DNA of 64,000 nucleotides, taken from Chrysomallon squamiferum. Taxonomy: Eukaryota; Animalia; Mollusca. Of this stretch, positions 1 through 15,817 are shown piece after piece. Each line of letters opens with the position of its first letter. The first letter of the stretch is position 1. The stretch is taken from assembly GCA_012295275.1 (NCBI GenBank), contig CM022674.1, forward strand, positions 12,772,001 to 12,836,000, read 5' to 3'. The translations under genes were made by a program, and so were the position numbers. Below the pieces are notes generated by a model. The model was not told the DNA's origin, ran no database searches, and worked only from the letters and a program-made list of their open reading frames with translations.

Positions 1-896
1 GGTGTGTGATGAAGAAATAAGTAAATGTGAAATTAAATAAAAAAAAAAAATAAAAAATATAAAAAGTTTAATTAGTATTAAGTTGGAATTATTATAAAGT
101 TATAGTTATTATTTAAAAAAATAAAAATAAAAATAAAGATGAAAGATATTTTAAGTCTTTCATTATTTTTAAAAAACAGTCTTTAATTTGGACATACACT
201 GGATTCATAGAAATAAAAAAGCCAAAAATTAAAATAGATTTTATTAATGCAATGTAAAAATGATTTTCTGCTATTACTGCTATTATAACTTATCCTACTA
301 CTTCTTCCTCTACTACTACTGTTACAACTACCACCACCACAAACACAGCTATGGCAATAACTATCACTACAACAGCACTATCAAGTAGTGTTCCATCTAA
401 AATTATGATTACTTTTATTACTGTAGATATTACTCATAGGGGGATATTATTTATAACAATATACCTGATATCATTTTACTTTACACTTTTTTTTTTTTTT
501 TTTTTTACTAACTTCAAATTTTTATTTCCCCCATAATGACAACATCTGAAGTATTTCAATGATGGAAATATTAAAGTACAGCAAACCTTGATGATAATGA
601 TCTGATTGGTTGATAGTTTCAATTAATAATTTAAAATTAAATGTGTCCTTTGTTCACAGGCTGTTTTGAAAACTGACAGTTTTATTTCTTGTTAAATTTA
701 TGTTATTGAAGAAATGTAATATGAAAAAGTATGGGTATTAAATAAAATCATAAAAAAGTAATTTATGCATTTTTTATTCAGTATAGTGTTTAAAATAAAG
801 GCTGTATATGGATATATTTATATATTTAAGTGCATTTGAGAATATGTATGTATATATTAAATTATACATGTGAGTATGTATATATTAAATTATATA

Positions 897-928
<32 letters not shown>

Positions 929-3900
929 CATTTTTTACACACAGTATACACATATATGCACATGTACACATACACAACTCATATGCTTATGAGTGTGTGT
1001 GTTATATAAACATGTTTGTACTTTTGATATATACAATACTAACATCCAGTCACACACACACACACAAACAAACACAAACAAACACACACACACACACACA
1101 CACACACATTCAAAAATGACAAACTTTAAATTTTACACTTCAACATTAAAAAAAAAAAATTAAATAATAATAATAAAAAATACAAAATGACTGACTTGTA
1201 TAAAGAAAGGGAAAAAAAAAGTGCTTGCCATATTGTCATAACATTACATCACAGACACAAACTACTATTACAGTAACTCACACACACAAACATCTTTATC
1301 TGTGACTCACAATCTAAGTAGCAAGCAGTGAGTTAATGATGTAACCTGTGATTTAGTCATTTCCCAAACAGCTACAGGCAAAATTAATAGGAGGACTGCC
1401 ACTCTAACTTATCGTTGTCACTGGACTCAGTCTGTGCAGACCCCCGTGTCTTCTCAACACCCTGCTCATAGCTGCTTGTTTGTCAGCCATGTTGGATCAG
1501 CCATAAATAGTAACACTGTTGGAGTCTAGTCTATTTGACAGCGATTGTGCTACAGAAAAGGTTTGTGTTGTTTGTGGACAGTGAGAATGGACGAACAGAC
1601 AGTGGATGTAATGGCTGAAGGTGTTGAATGAGCTGTGGATGTTGTGGTTGAAGCAGAAGGGTGAGTGGTTGGTGTAGTGTTGTAGGTGGTGTGGTGTGTT
1701 TCACTCTCTGCTTTGTGTTACTGCTTTTACAGTGAGGTGGGCTCCACAAGATCTGGCTCTTTCTCTTTTTTTGTTCTCTCTCTTTCTCTCTTTCTCTTTC
1801 TCTTTCTCTCACTCCTTTTAAACAAATGTATTTAGTAGACTGGCTTAAAGCAGAAGCATATTTCAGTAATTAGAAGACAACAGTAATGTCACTGTAATAA
1901 AAAATAGTATTGTTTGTGTGAAAAATCTTTATCAGTCGTACCCTTGAATAGTGTTGATGCCCCTTTAACGAAACAGGGTTATAATAGTGTGTGTGAGAAA
2001 TCTAGCAGGTCAGACATGTTGTACTGTGTTTTAAAAATGTACAAATATTTGTGTGTTCTATCATTTGTCTGCATATATTAATTACATACAGATTTTAGGA
2101 AAACTATTACATGTTTTTAAAATTGTTACATTAACATTTTACAGTTATTACATAAAAGGTTTTTAAAATTATACATATATACGTTTTTTAAAATAACCCT
2201 TTTGTACTGTTTTATAGGTTTGTTCTCTTTTTTTTAATGTAAAAATGAGTAAGACTGATATTTTAATTTTTAATATTATTTTTTAACATGAATTTTGTCT
2301 ACATTATACTGTTAGTAATAATAATTAGTTACATATTTTACATAAAAATGTTGTATGGTATGTAATGTGTCACTGTATATGCCTGTTATATGGTTTTAAA
2401 CAAGCATTTTGTGTTGATGCTTGTGTATTAATTACAATTTTTCATAGAAATGTGTATTTTGTTTCTGTGTATTTGCCATTCAAAGGTTGAAATAGTAATA
2501 TATTTCATGTAGGCATTTATTTATTATATTAGTTTAATATCATTTATTTTATATAGAAACTGGTTTAGTATATATAATAAGATAAAATATTTCATAGCTT
2601 TAGGTTCACATAGGCTTATGTTTTATGAAGGCATTTGTTTTAACTAGATATTATATTATATATGAATTTGTTTTTAATGAGCAATTTCTTTTAGGTAGAT
2701 ATATACCATTTTTTAAAATACAGGAATTGGTTTACATTCACACATTTTTTTACACAAATTTTATATAAATAATTTTTTTTTCCCTATAAATCTGGCTTTT
2801 ATCATTTTCTCATTTTTCTTTTCCGTTTTGTATTTTTTCATAGTTGTACTATAATTAATTACTGCAAGCAGAAGAAGTTATAATTGTGACACCACTGTTC
2901 TTACGAAATTGCTGTTTTATTGAGTGTAATGGGGTTCACTGTAGTAGTACCTCAAGGGCACACGATACTTAATTTACTGCAGTATCAGGGGTGCAGATGA
3001 TACAATTAACTGAGGTTAACATGAGTACAAAAGAATAAAAGTTTTATGAATCATGAATTTATTTAATAAGGATACAACTGTCTGTGGATACTTAATACTT
3101 TTATGATAAGGATACAACTGAGATATTACACTATTCTTGGTTAACATAGATTCTTTATCTTGAGTTAATAGCGAATTTAGTTAAGTAAAATACTATGTGT
3201 ATAAACTAATGTACTTTGTATGTTTTTAACATGGGTACTGTGTTAATTCTCATACTACACCTCACTAAGATACTTCATTTAGGAGATGTTAGAAATTTAT
3301 TTAACTATTATGATTTTCATTTAATACCAAATATGCTGTTATTTTCTCGTTCTAACCGGTATTTAGTTAACTTAGATACATATTCAGTAATTTTGAGATA
3401 TGTTTAGATAACAGAGGTACATGTTGAGTTAACAAAGATACATCTTTGGTAAACTGATATACACCATAATTATTTAGTGGTGGTACCATGTATTTAGTCA
3501 ATGTTCGTTACTTATTGTCCCTTTTTTTTTCTTTTCCTAAGTACAAATACCATCAGAAACATACCTACACCTACACATATGCATACACACACACACACAT
3601 ATACACCCACATCTACCACACATCTACCACACCCACAAATGCACAAAGAGTTCACAAGTATATTATGGTTTGTCTTATTGGTTTTTTACTGACCTTAATG
3701 TATTTAGTGCACAACACAAGTGTCAGCACATTGATATTTGCCTTGAAGCATGTTTGAAAGGTTGTCGGTTCAGAACATCCCAGTGAAGTTGGATAATTTT
3801 TTAAATTATTTATTCATCTTTTGTTTATATATATAAATTAAAATTTTTTTTTTTTTTACTTGTTCTTTCTTTTCTATTAATTGTTGCTTTTGTTTTAATT

Positions 3901-4893
3901 TCTTCCTTTAATTTCTAAATTTTTAAAATTTTACATATATATGCAGATACAGTTGTTGCATATTTATCCTTCATTGGTTTGTTCATCTTCTGTGTAATGT
4001 CTGTTAAGATTCTTCAGTACATCAGTGAAGATAATTCATAAACAAATCTTCTTCCTCTGTAATAAAAGTATTGAATATCAAATTAGTGTGTGGGATACAG
4101 GCAGATAAAGTTGAGCATAACAATACTAAAATTATTTGTCATCTTAGTGTGGAATACCAGTTGTATGTAATCATTCAATTACTGATACTATTACTAATGT
4201 GATATGATCAGATAGCAGGAGAATGTGTGTTAAGTATCACAATAGCTATCAGAATATGGTAGATAATGGGATTAAAAGATTTCTCTTTCTCTTTGTTTGG
4301 AAGTAATAGGTTTTTTTTGATTTGCTTTTATCATTAATGTAAAGAAAATAGCTCAGTAAATTTGTAAAAGTTTTGTTGAAGATGTGTTTGTGAAACGGTT
4401 AAAATGTGTTTTATGTTAGTCTGAATAACAGACTTGGCTCACATATGTTGTTTGGTTTTTTTTATTATAAAGAGAGAAAGAAAGAAAGAGTGAAAAAAAA
4501 AGAAAGAAAGAAAAAATATGAGATCTTTCAGAATAATCAATATGGCCGATCAAAGGGAAATAACTTATTTCATCAAGTAAAACCCTCTTGGTGTCTATTA
4601 AGCTACGAATTTATATTTTTATTAACAGAATTAAAATCTGTTGTGAGACCATCTATTACATTCAGTTCTGCTGCTTCAGGGGAAATAATCTAGACATCTG
4701 CAATGATCCGTTAATATCAGACATTTGAATTTTTATTAATTTATAGCAAAAGAGAAAAAAGAAAAGGTTATATGAGACCGTTTTGTAAATGTATGTAAGA
4801 TAACTGCTGTGGGGGAAATAAAATAGACACTTAACAGTTAGGTGCTATTTTTTTTCATTAATTGATATAGAACAATGACAAATACAATAATTA

Positions 4894-4925
<32 letters not shown>

Positions 4926-4970
4926 CAGTAATAAAAAAAATGATTTAAAAACAAAAAGGTAGTAATTAAT

Positions 4971-5001
<31 letters not shown>

Positions 5002-7555
5002 AAAACTGTTACAAGACCGTTTCATTAAATTCAAAATGGCTGCTCAAAGGGAAATAACCTCTGTGGCCAGAGTGACCTCTCTTACATGTGACAGACAGGG
5101 GTTAGCAATAACACGAACTGAGCAGATGTGAGATAGATCACGCTTGCATGTATAACTAATATGACAGGCCCGTTTCATACACTTGAATTAAATCATGCCT
5201 ACTTGTACATCTATACGACAAGCTGGATATTTCTGCACAAGGTCCTCAATTACACACAGGTCTGCTGTTTGTGTGTTCACTGTGAGAGAGACAAGGCCAC
5301 TGTAATGTCATGTTTCTCTGTTTGCTTTTCACCTCAGTATCAGGATTTCTCTGTAGTTGGCTGCCATTAGTCTGAAAAGACCTCTGCTGATGTCAGTGTT
5401 TTGTTATTCAACCCAAGTATCAGGATACGTTTTAGCAGTTTTCTACAACTGCTTTCTGAAAATTTTGGTTGCTGGTTCTGTTATTCACTGATATATCATG
5501 ATATTTTTTAGCAGTTTTCTACCATTAGTTTCAACATATCTTGATTGATGTTTATGTTATTATTGAACCCAGTAATTATACAGGTATTTTTTATACAGGT
5601 TGTCTGTAGTTTCAGCAGAACTTGTTTGATGTTTCATGTTTCACCTAGGATCATGTTCTTATACAGGTTTTCTAACAGTAGTTACAGCAGATCTTTTTTG
5701 ATGTTTTACAGGTTTTCTGTCAACAATTTCAACATACATCAATTGATGTTTCTGTTTGTTTATTCAACCTGATATCATATTTTTATTTATTTTTGTTTTA
5801 AGAGTCATCATGGTCACATGTATCAGTTATCTTTGTAACAGCCATTACTGATATACGATCCTAATACCTGCCAGTTCCAGAGCCAGTGACTTAACCACAG
5901 AGACACTAAACATAAATTTTTTATACTTTAATTTACTTCTCTACAGTAAATAAAAATCAAAAGAAACTGGTGGAGCTTTTTGGGGGGGGATTTAATTGTT
6001 TAATTTTTTTATCATTTTATTTTTTATTTCTAGTAAAGTTACTTCCCCTACTCCAATGTGTGAAATGTATTAGTGATGGTACAATTACAACTCTGTCCAC
6101 ATTTCATTTTATTGTCTGCATTCATTATCTGCCGAAAAGAACACAAATCTGTTTGTAATAAATATTATATTTCCATGTTAATTGCTGGTGGTCGAAATTT
6201 TATTTTTTTATATTTATTTTTGTTTTGTTTGCCAATGGTGAATCGTGCCTGTCCATAAACTGTGAAAGCTGAAACCTTCATCTTATCTCCCCCTATAAAG
6301 AATTCTCTCTATTTTATATTATAATCCAGTAACAGTTAAACGATATTCAGTATAGTTGTTTATGTATTTGTTATCTGTGTAACGCACTGGTATATAAAAT
6401 GAGATATTACACAGCAGATTGAACCTATATCGTTTGTCTCACGCTCGCCTCCTATTTCAGTTTGAAATGCATGTATTCAAGACCTGACTGCTAATTAACA
6501 GTGTTTTTTTACACTAAGAGGTTTTTAATATTTTATTCATGTCTTACCTGTCGCTCTTATTCCAGTGTGCTTTTTCCAGTTTTCTGTTCCTTTGACAGTT
6601 GTGTGCAAAGGATTTTTTTTTTTTTTTTTAAATCTTAAATTATGATTTGAATTCTAGACTTGGGTTTCAGCAGTTGTTACGTTTCAGTAGTTATTTATGT
6701 CTAAGATAAACGAATAAATAAATAAATGAATGAATGGATGAATGAATAAATGGATAAATGGATGTTCAGTAAATTGAAAATTAATGTAAGCTGCTCATTT
6801 TTTTTTTTAATTTATGCGTGTGTAAACATTTTGATAGAAAAACTGATAAAAATGAGAGAGAGGCAGGCACATTTTATTTTTATTAATTAGTTTATTCAGA
6901 GATGGCGAGTCAGGTCTTACTGCAGGTTAAACTACAAAACTGTGCTGTGTACTAAAATAAAGGTTTTGTTTTTATTCATTTGCTGTTAATAATGGTTCAT
7001 GCATATTTTAACACAGATGTATGAATACAGATTAATTGGGCTATCCCGAACATAAGGGGAAAGTGTTTTATTCTGTCCATTAAAACATAATATAATTAAT
7101 TCATCATCTGGTCTGAAAAAAAAAATAACAACAATAAAGGAATAAAATCTAATTATATAATCAGAATTAATTATTTTTCTTATAAGTTTTCACAAGAGTA
7201 ATGCAAAATAAGTTTTTGCACTTTAAATTGAAATGTTTTTGTACTGTGAACTGAAATGTTTTTTGCACTTTTGAACTGCAGCACTTTGAACTAAAATGCC
7301 TGCCTTGCACTTTGAACTGATTTGTAAGCATTGATCTGAAACAAGTAATTCATTTTGAAACTGGATTACACTGGCCACTTTGTTCTGTGCAATACTTGAT
7401 GTATGTAACAGATGTGTGATAGGAACAAAATCATATTCTACACTGAACAGAAATGCAAGTATGTGGTTACCTTTGTTCTCCAGTGAGTTATGTTTAGTGG
7501 CAGCTTCTGAATCTGCACAGAAGGGAATCGGCTTTTTATAATGGTGGATGAGCAC

Positions 7556-7810
7556 TGAGTTTCTAGAACAGTGAATCAGAATTGAGTTTCTAGAACATTG
7601 AATCAGAATTGAGTTTCTAGAACATTGAATCAGAATTGAGTTTCTAGAACAGTGAATCAGAATTGAGTTTCTAGACTAGTGAATCAGAATTGAGTTTCTA
7701 GACTAGTGAATCAGAATTGAGTTTCTAGACTAGTGAATCAGAATTGAGTTTCTAGACTATTGAATCAGAACTGAGTTTCTAGAACAGTGGAACAGAATTG
7801 GGTTTCTTCT
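7556..7810. repeat. 27-bp minisatellite (gagtttctagaacagtgaatcagaatt), ~9 copies
   Basis: Directly visible; period 27 (7557, 7584, ...). Confidence 0.95.
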
Positions 7811-7884
7811 CTGAACTGAATATGAATTTGAGTAACAAAACTGGTGAATGTTTCATAAAAGATGAATGTCCATGGAACCCAGGG

Positions 7885-8095
7885 TTCCATCCATCCATCC
7901 ATCCATTCATTCCAATCCATTTATCCACCCCATCTTATGACACTCCATTGATCCATCCACCCATCCATCCATCCATCCATCCATTCCATCCATCCATCCA
8001 TCCATCCATCCATCCATCCATCCATCCATCCATCCATCCATTTATTAATTAAACCTTTTTTGGGACATTCTGCAGTTTACAACAAACGCGAGTGG

Positions 8096-8139
<44 letters not shown>

Positions 8140-8165
8140 ACACACGCACACACGCACGCACACGC
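7885..8165. repeat. (CATC)n followed by (CA)n microsatellites
   Basis: Directly visible. Confidence 0.95.
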
Positions 8166-11100
8166 AGGTTTAGTTTAACGAGGCAGTTTATTCCAATTTT
8201 CACCATGTTCAGCGATTGTGTTTAATTACACCAGTAGCCATATGGCAGGATTCAAGCCCAGTGTAGCTGTTATTAACGCTGGAATGACAGTAATACAGTT
8301 GTGTAACCCGAAGTGCACTAAGGGAGAATGTTGAACAGGGCATATGGCTGTCTATTGGCTAAAAACACTATTTGTTACCATGCTGGCTGTAAAACATGAA
8401 CATAAAATACTTTCAGCTTGACGGGTTTTTTTTTGTTAAAGGTAGATGATAAGGTTTTTTTTTGGAGTATGTAAAATTGGTGTAAGAAAAGTCTGGAGTG
8501 ATAAATATTTGTAATGTGGAAAAAATATATCAAACTGTGTCCATAATTGATAGAAATGATACTGATGGAGCTATATAATTTCAGTATAAATAAAATAAAG
8601 AACAAAAATATATAAATAAAAAGTGAGGATAAAATAGATAAATAAATAGAATATAAACAAAGAGATAGATGAACAAATAAATAGAATCATGGGCAGAAAG
8701 TGAAATTCAACACACACATTTTTCTTTATTTTTACATAAATTAAAAACTTTTTCTAAATATTTCTGTTGTTTTTTAACCCACATGAATAATAGTTGTATT
8801 TGGTATATTTGGCTTATCTTTGAGTATATTTTCCAAATTTAAAAAAAAAAAAATTTAAAAGTTTAAAAAAAAAAATTTCTTTTAAATTGTAGAAAGAAAA
8901 TTGCATATTTTAATTTTTTAAATATTTTAAAAGTAAATAAATAAATAAAAGGAAAAAATATAAAACAAATATATTATCTTTGGGGACTTTTTTTTGGTTT
9001 TTTTTGTGTTTTTTTTTTTGTTTCTAGATAACTTTTAAAAAGGATATAAATAAAAAATAAAATACAATAAATAAACAAAATATCTGTTTTACGCTGATGC
9101 ACAGACTTATTAAGCTATGTTTACATAATAAAAATGTCTGTTTGTTTATCTTTATGAGATTTTATATATTTTACTTCATATTTTCTCTCACTTTTCTGTT
9201 TAAACATTTTTTTCATTTACTACAATTTCTTTTCTTTTGTTGAGCATAACCATAAAATGCCAGATGTGTTTTTTAATTTATTTTTCATACATTTGTAGAT
9301 TTGTTTATTTCATTTTTATATGTTTTAATATTTACATTATCAGATACACACAAATTTGTGTATTTAAAAAAAATAACCAGTTTTTATTTATTTTATTGAT
9401 TTTTTTAGTGAAAAATTTTAATTTAAAAAAAAAAAAATTATATATATATCTCTTCACAAGAATATTTTATTGTAACATTTGTTTAATGCTTCGATACAAA
9501 ACAAATCAGGCATTTTTAAAATTAATTAATTTTTCGGTGTTTTGTCTTTTAAAAAGCAAAGAAACTCATGTTCATAAACAAGAACAAGAACATAGGATAT
9601 TCTTTCAAAAACAAGCTAATGTATTCATTACACATACAGTGAGTTATTTACACAGCAAGTATTTAACATACTTTTTAAAAATGAGTTTGTTTACCCTCTT
9701 CACGATGAGCAAGAACAAGATGTAAACTTTTTAAAAAGTAAATTAATTTCTCCCTTGCAGCAGTTTATGTATTTGTACTCACCGCAAGACTTTGATATAA
9801 TCTTCTTTTTTTTTTTTTGAAAAGAAAAGTTAATTTCTCCGTAACAACAAGTTGTGTATTCTCGGAAACACATAAACATTCATTTTCTTTTTACAGGATA
9901 AGAATTATCACATTAACATTATAGATAGAGACTGAGATACACGTTTGTACACGGCCATATGTTACACAAACACAGAAGCACTTTTTTTTTTTACATAAAG
10001 ACAGAAAATACTACTTTTACATGATCATGAGGTACTTTTACATAAACCTAGAAAATATTGGTTTTATATAAATATAATAGTACTTTTACATTAACCCGAA
10101 AAATACTGTTATTACACAAATATAGTAGTGCTTTTACATTAATCTAGAAAATACTATTTACATAAATGTAAGAGTCCTTTTACCTAAATATAGCAATATG
10201 TAAACATAAACAAATATTTTTTACACAAACACAGCAGTACCTTTACATAAACAAAGAAGATACTACTTTTACATACATATAGCAGCACCTTCACACGAAC
10301 ACACAAATTGTTGGTGTAAAACGCACGCTACATCATTGCTGTTTGATCTGTATTTTGAGATTGTATTTCTTTTTCATCTTTGCTGTGAAGTTCTTTGTAA
10401 AAACAGTGACTGACGTCAGGAGAACTCCTGTGTTTTCACACTCTCACCCTGTTCCTTCTTTCTGTCTGTCTGTCTGTCTGTCTCATTGTCTGACTGAGAC
10501 AGAAGAAATTTACCTGTTAACTCAACTTGTCAGGTGTTGTTATCACCTGACTTACAAAGGTATACGAGGTAATCAAGGTATGAGAGAGAGCTGTGAGATG
10601 TACGTAAGAAAAGTGAAGTAAGAAATGTTTGTTATGTGAGAGAAAAGTCGAAAGATTCTTTTATTTCACGGTTGTGTTTCAGAACATCAGTTGTTTGTCC
10701 TGTATCTGACTGCTGGATAGTTACAAATACAGAAATAATAGTGAAAAGTAAGTATTAAATACTGTAAAAATTTGACTGCTGGAAGTCATAAATAACAGAA
10801 TAAATGTGAATTATTTTTCTTTCTTTGTTTACTGAATAGTTAAATACACAAAACTTCAGAGAGTTAAAAAATAAAAGTTTAAGTATTAGAATGGTTTATT
10901 TTTCTCTCATTGATCACTGAATAGTCAAATATACAAACTTCAGAAAAAAAAAAAAATGTTCAATCACAGGAATTCACTGATTATTTTTATATCACTGACA
11001 ACACAAAGTCAAAGGTTTGTTTAAAGAATTCACTAGAACGCTCAGATTATCTGTCACTGGATACTGGATTTCAGACTTTTTTGTCGTTTCAACACCCAGT

Positions 11101-14100
11101 CTTGAGATTTTTGTATTTATTATTATTTTTTATTGTTACTGTTATTGTTATTGTTATTTTATTGTTATTGTTTTTATTTTATTGTTAATGACTGCTGTAA
11201 AAAAAATTGATTGATTTCTGTGTTGTCAGCTGGGGGATGTGGGACACTTGTTTAATGACATCATCAGGACATAGATCAATTTTCTGTAAACAGTTTCATA
11301 TAGCCTCAAGTCAAATTTATTTCACTAGATTATAATAATTTATCATCACAGGCTTTTTTTCTTTCAGTCTGGAACATTTGGTAAATGTGACGCAATTTTA
11401 ATTACCAGTGTAATTTTTTATTGTTTAATTAACGATTTTTATATGACTGCTGAATGTCAAATACTTTTTTAATGACATCACGAAAACATAATTATTAATT
11501 AAAATATTAAATTTTTTTTAAAATTTTTATAATTTTTTAAAATGACTGTTGGATGTAAAATATTTTTTCAATAACACTACAAAAACATTATTTAGATATA
11601 TATGTATATTTATTTATTTATTTATTTATTTTAAATTGTCTGTTGTTTAATGAAATTGTCTGTTAGATGCTGTGGAAATGTAGACATAAAATGTTCAAAT
11701 ACATTCTCTTGTTTAAACTCATTGATGGACATCTATCACACAATCTCAGAAGAGGTTTGCAGCCTTTGTTTCCATTATAAAAGGATTTTTACACTCAGTT
11801 TAAAAATCTTATAAAACAACCTTAAGTCACTGGATTGTTCTGGTAAGAGTGACTGATCCTTTGTACTAGCAAGCCCCAGGCAAGCAGTGTGACACTTAGA
11901 TCTGTACACTAGTTTGATGGTTTATCAGTTTTCTAATTTGTGTAAACTTACACTGATCAAGAAAGGACAAAACTGAAGTAAAAGCTGGTATATTGTTTTA
12001 CACACAGAGTTTCACTTGACAAACATTCGCCATCATGCGTATCTAGTTTTCACAGGACAGGAGTATATGTTAACATGCTGGGTATTGCTTGCTGATGGGA
12101 TGTGCCTATAATGTGGATATGTATCACTATGAAAGTGTGGTAGAAGATGATGATATCCAGGTGTTGTAAACTGATGAACACATGATTCAATACACCACAG
12201 ATTCTGTGTTAAACTCAGTGTAATGTAATGACAAAGGTGCAGACTGTAGGAACAGAAGAAATGAAAATTATGACTGTTGTTTGTTTGTTTGTTTGTTGTA
12301 TGGTTGTTTTTTTAACAGATTCTAATATCTATATAAAATTCTAAAAATGGTTGGAATGAAAAAAAAACCCACAGTAACTGCCATAATTACTGAAAACCCA
12401 ATAATCAGATGAAAGATGTACTAAATTGTTGCATGCCTTGTAATCAATTTGATGATTGTTTTGTTAATTTTTAATTAATTAATTTTCTCACTTTTTTCTT
12501 CTTTTTTTTTTTTTTTTTTAATACATTTATTGGTATATTTATTTTATTTTATTTAAAAAACAAAACAAAAAAAACAATGCACTAATGATCTAACAGGTAA
12601 ATAAATTATTTAATTTCAAATGAATACATGATGAATAATTATGAAAATAAGAAATTTATAAATACAGGTTATTTAGAACAAAACCCCCAAAAAAGAAAGT
12701 ATTTTGCATTTTTCATACATTAATTTTTTTCTTCTCAAGTTAGCTTAATTTTTCAAAACTGTATATAACAAGTTTTAAAAAAAAGATTATCTATTACACA
12801 CAAGATGGGTATTTAATCTAAATGATAATAAAGTATTTAAACTTATTAACAAAGAATTAATGGATTTGGGTATTAATATTAATCACTGTCATTCTGCACG
12901 TGTAAATAATCCTATTTTTGTCTGGCTTTCACGAGGATTTATTTTTATTTAAATTTCGTAAACCTTATGAATAACTAATAATGAAACGAATAAAGCAGTA
13001 ATAAATTATTCAGTGAAATAATATCTGAACACAGAATATTTTAAATAATTATTTGTTACAGAAATCTGTATTTGGCATTTCATTTTATACAAAGGGTTTC
13101 TTTAAGAATGTCAAAGAGATTACATACATGCAGTTAAGAGGATCATTATTTTTCAGAAAAGAAAATCTCTGAAATTCTGATAAGTTACTCTTTAGTGAAG
13201 CGCAGGCATTATGATGAAATGAGTCACAAGATGAACCCCTTTGAGTGCCCATTATTTACCAATCCAACCAGTGCTCATCTGTTGGCTTACGAAAAGCCTG
13301 TGATATGTGATTTGATATGTTTAGCAAGATGCATATAAATTGTCTCATTGTGTTAAAATTGACAGTAAATACGCAATATGGCATTGGAAAGAGTGGTTTT
13401 CCTATTATGTATATTACTCACAGTATATATTTCTTAATCACATCTGTAGTCTTGTCTTCATTGCTTTCTGTAATACTTGAACAAAAATCATTTGCAACCA
13501 AATAGCCATTAGTATTTTCACTTCAGGATAAATACAGTTTTCTTCCCAATTTTTTTTTTTTTTTTATGGCGTGTTGTATGTCTAACCTAATTCAAAGTTT
13601 ACATTCAGTTGAATATACTCAGGATTTCGTCAGTCATAAAATATCATGATGATGATGTCTACGATGAGGTTTCTGTTAATAAATCAGCATTCAGATACTG
13701 TCGATGTTGCTGCGATGATGTTCGTTAATTTAGTTAGTGGGTGATGGCTGGTCTGCTGGCAGTTGTAAGTACATAATGACAGATCCTGTGTGAAATATTA
13801 CTGTTCAGTCTGTGACCACTGACAATAGTGGTGGTGGTGTTGTTTTCTTTTCACTCAGTGACAGTGTAGTTGTAGTTGTAATTGATGGTGTGGCAGGAGA
13901 AGCAGAGAAAGACCAGTGACACAGTAGTTGTAGTATAGTAGTAACTAGAGTAACTGATAATGTTGAAATAGTAGCAGGGTGAAGGTATTCTAGTTGTTGA
14001 AACCCCAGCTTTGATGGGTTTATATTATATAGCAGCATGATGGGTATTTTTGATAGTTTATGGCTATGATTTTTTTTACAGGATAGTGGTATTTTTATAG

Positions 14101-15081
14101 CATGGTGTCTATTATTGGTAACAAAGTGGGGTTTTTTGACAAAAAGGTGGATATTTTTAATAGTTTTATAACATGATTGAAGAAGCATGGCAAGTGTATT
14201 TTTCATAACATGGTGCCTGCCAATGGGTGTTTTGGAAAGCATAAAGGTTTTGTTTTTGATGTTGTGGGTACATTTCTTATAGTTCACTAGTTGTCAGGAT
14301 TATGATAGGAGGGATTTTTAATTTTTTATAATTATTAATTTATATTAATAACAGTAATTGTCAGAATTATGGTAGATGTTTTATTTATTTGTTTGTTTAT
14401 TTAATTTTTAAATTATTTATTTTATTACAAAAACAGTAATATAGCTGGTATTTCCTAACCAGCAATGGCCTTGCATTTGGAGACATTTGATTTTCTAAGT
14501 TTTAAATTTCTTTTTTTTTTTTTCCTTAGGGTTTTTTTTTTTTTCTCGTTTCTGTTAACAAAAAAATTTCAAAACAATATACTTGGCCTTTCTTATGATT
14601 TAATGGCTTCCAGTTGGTCTTTTCTTTTTTCACCCCTCTTTTTTTGTGTCATTTAAACTCCAAGTATTGTATAGTATTACACCTGCCAATAGTAAATTTG
14701 TTTTGGGTTTTTTAAATACCAAATAGTGGTAGGTTATTTATTTAATAATATCATAGTCGCACATTTTTAAACAAGTCACTGTAATGAGATTTGTACTGTC
14801 TGTTTTGGGTATTATGTCTGTCGGTATACTTGCTTCTAATATATTTTTTGTTTGTTTGTATGTTGGTGTATTTTTTTCTAGTGGAATAGTGGTTTCTAGC
14901 TAGTTTTGTTGGTCATATAGATAATACAGTTGTTATTAGTTTTAGTTTTACTTGATTTTTTTTTTGTTTTTTTTGATTTTTTTTGAGAGGGTTTTTTTTT
15001 TTTTTTATTAGTTATTGTCATTGTTGTTGTTTTTTAATTTATTATTATTACAGTTTTTGTTCTTAATATTTATTACAGTTC

Positions 15082-15137
<56 letters not shown>

Positions 15138-15817
15138 GTCATTATTAATATTATTTGTTTATATTGTTGTTTTTTCTGTATTATATTAGTGCGACTAGTA
15201 AAATTAAGTGGTCAGTATTTTTGATATGTAACAGCATCATGCAGAATTAGGAGTCTTTTTGATGGCATTAAGATCAATTGGATCTTTATAGCGTCTGCCA
15301 ATCAACGGATGTTTAATGATATCGCTGTAATGTTAGATTTTGTTTGATCTTGTAGCAGCTGTTACTAGAATATTGGATATTTTTCAATGTTGGCGTGGCT
15401 GCAGATCATGCAGCATCTACAAACACTGCAGTGACACTTTTGATTCAGTCATTTGCTGAAGTTGTGGTTGTGGTTGTGATGTTTGTTTGGGTTTGTCATT
15501 AGTTACCTCCTTCATCTGTTTTTGCTCCTTTTGTGCTTTATCGGTATTTTGATGACAAAACATATTTACAGAAATTATTATTGTTATTAGTTATCCATCT
15601 TGGGTGAGAGAAATGGAGAGAAGACAGAAAAAGCCAGTGGGTTGACAAGGAAAATGTGGTTTAATGATTTTTTTTTTCTCTCTTTCTTGTCGTGTGTGAT
15701 TAAGTTCACAACCTCCACCTCGTTTGAAGTCTGTGTGTGTAACGTGGTTAGCGATGCCGATGTTGTTCATTATGAGATGAAGGAAATTATGGATGTGGAA
15801 AAAAAAAAAAATTCTTT

